64,000 nt of DNA from Chiloscyllium plagiosum (lineage: Eukaryota), in NCBI RefSeq assembly GCF_004010195.1, contig NC_057718.1, forward strand, positions 20,604,223 to 20,668,222, written 5' to 3'. Under the pieces are notes generated by a model that saw nothing but the letters and a program-made list of their open reading frames with translations, had not been told where the DNA came from and ran no database searches. Shown in pieces: positions 61,971-64,000 of the stretch. The first letter of the stretch is position 1, and every line of letters starts with the position of its first letter. The position numbers and the translations under genes are program-made.

Positions 61971-62707
61971 ACCATTCTCAGGCTTACTTGCACACATACA
62001 CAGTGACAAAAGCTGCCCCACTATTCACATGCCAAGCTCTGTCTGAAAAAGCGATTACAGATTAGAGTATAAAGTAGGATAGACTGTAAATATTTATCAA
62101 GTCTTCAGCTTTGGGATGCTCACTGTCAGTTATAAATGGATTGAAATCAACGTTTTAATCTTCAAAGGAACACTTCAGTCAGCCTGGAGAAGGGTTCCAG
62201 TTTCAAGTAGGCTTTTCCTGTAAAACTGAAGTCAAAAGCATACTTGTATGAGAAAAATGAATTGTGACAGGATGTGTGACATAGTTATTACTCAATCAGA
62301 CTTTATCATAAATTTCAGTCGAGAAATTTCAGTCTATCCAACTAACGTGTGAAAACGTATTACATGTCCATGACATTCCCCTACCTGTTATTATTGATGG
62401 AAACATTAAAATAAAATACAACGGTAGCAATGGCAATATTAAAATGAAATGGATGTGTTAAATATGTTTCTCCTATTCCTGTTCACAGTGATTTCTAGAG
62501 ATTTATTATTATTAACAAACAGTTTCAGGTTAAGGCCTATGATGCAAACACTACCAAGTCTGAAAGTATAGTGAAAAGACATTAAGTATCATCTAATGAT
62601 AATATAGTGGACATTGGATTTTATAAGAGCACATTAATGCATTTTATGCTATTACTGTTGCACACAATCTGAGATTACTGAACATGAGATGGTTAGGTAG
62701 TGCCCAT

Positions 62708-63025
62708 GATTAGATTAGATTCCCTATAGTATGGAAACAGGCCCTTCTTCCCAACCAGTCCACACTGACCCTCCGAAGAGTAACTCACCCAGACCCATTT
62801 CCCTCTGACTAATGCACCTAACACTATGGGCAATTTAGCATGGCCAATTTAGCTGACCAGCGCATCTTTGGACTGTGGGAGGAAACCGGAGCACCCGGAG
62901 GAAACCCACACAGACATGGGGAGAATGTACAATCTCCACACAGACAGTCACCCGAGGCTGGAATCGAACTAGGGACCCTGGTGCTGTGAGGTAGCAGTGC
63001 TAACCATTGAGCCACCATGCTGCCC
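62708..63025 (-). mobile_element. HE1 SINE, full length
   Basis: A box TGGCTCAATGG, B box AGTTCGATTCC, V domain, (AATCT)n tail. Confidence 0.92.
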
Positions 63026-63494
63026 TAGCTAACACATCTACTATGTCAAAATTCAGACTAGTGCTGAGGAATGATGAAGCATGTGAAATTCCTGTCTGGC
63101 ACTGAGAAGAATCTAAAGGAAGGAGAAATGGGACAAGAGTTAGGATGGTGCAGAGAAAATTGACATTATTGATGGGCTACAACCGTGATAATGTAGCTCA
63201 GAGTTGTAAGGCTTGCTAAATATTTGCTGAGGTGAATAAATGATAACATAAAGATATTCTACTCTAATAAATCAACATCCTTGCCTTCCTCAATGCTCAT
63301 ACATCTGCTCCCATCACTCAACAATAGGATTTCCAGCTCTGCTCAGGCGAATGCTCTGATATTAGATATTCTTCTTCTACATTCACTGTTCTCCCGCTGC
63401 ATTCTATTTTGTTTTTGCCATATGGAAGGAGAGGTTGAGATTCAGTAAATAACTGACTCAGTGAGTCAGCCAGTTAATCCCCAAACCTGTCCAG

Positions 63495-63755
63495 ATGCCT
63501 GAACCTTTGCCTCAGCAGGCGATGATGTACGCATGTACAAACAGATGGGAACCCCCCATCTGTGCATTTCCCTTCAAACCACACATCATCCAGGCTTGAA
63601 ATTATATCATTGTCCCTTCACTGTCATAGAGTCAAAATCCTGGAATTCTCTCCTTAACAGTACTGTGGGTGCATCAAATTCACATAGACTGCAGCAACGC
63701 TACCATCTTCTAAAGGGTAATTAGGAATTATGGCAAATGCTTGCTTTGCTTCTGA
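63495..63755 (+). mobile_element. CR1/L2-group LINE 3' end
   Basis: Homologous to 58640-58985 (SKSWNSL..HLLKGN). Confidence 0.75.
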
Positions 63756-63862
63756 TGCTTGGAGGTTGTCCCTCAGGGTCATGGATTTTGCCATGTGTCT
63801 CTATATGATTGAACAGGCTGATTCTTAGCCCACAGATGCTAGTGTACGTGGACAGGACATGG

Positions 63863-64000
63863 AGTCATAGTGTCATACAGCATGAAAACAGACTCCTCAA
63901 TCCAACTCATCCATGCCGGCCAAGTTTCCAAAGCTAAACTGATCCCGTTCCCTGTGTTTGGCCCACATCCCTCTAAATCTTTCCTATTCATGTACCAGTC
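63863..64000 (-). mobile_element. CR1/HER1 3' end (cut by window edge)
   Basis: GAGTCATAGTGTCATACAGCATG..CCCACATCCCTCTAAA, as in 11863-12163. Confidence 0.8.

Noticed and set aside
62950..63025. tRNA gene
   Set aside because: A and B boxes run directly into the V domain; it is a SINE head.

Overview
Repeat-rich, AT-rich, non-coding vertebrate genomic DNA, almost certainly from an elasmobranch (shark). This is inferred from the repeat families: HE1 V-SINEs, HER1/CR1 LINE tails, a Deu-domain SINE and Penelope-like elements. I found no host protein-coding exon, tRNA or rRNA; every recognisable ORF is transposon-derived. Main contents: (1) a two-LTR Gmr1-type Ty3/gypsy provirus with integrase upstream of RT (24108-30002, minus), a second Gmr1-type relic and a Mag-like relic; (2) two Penelope-like GIY-YIG fragments plus about 15 short pLTR-derived pieces carrying minimal hammerhead ribozyme motifs, several being fold-back palindromes with target-site duplications and junctions at ribozyme stem II; (3) an L1-like ORF1-only copy; (4) two ~150-bp locally templated insertions; (5) a CpG-retaining domain over the first ~10.4 kb and several repeat-free, motif-dense blocks that may be enhancers of a gene outside the window. 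Family names come from recalled consensus motifs, not database searches. Boundaries of old repeats are approximate.
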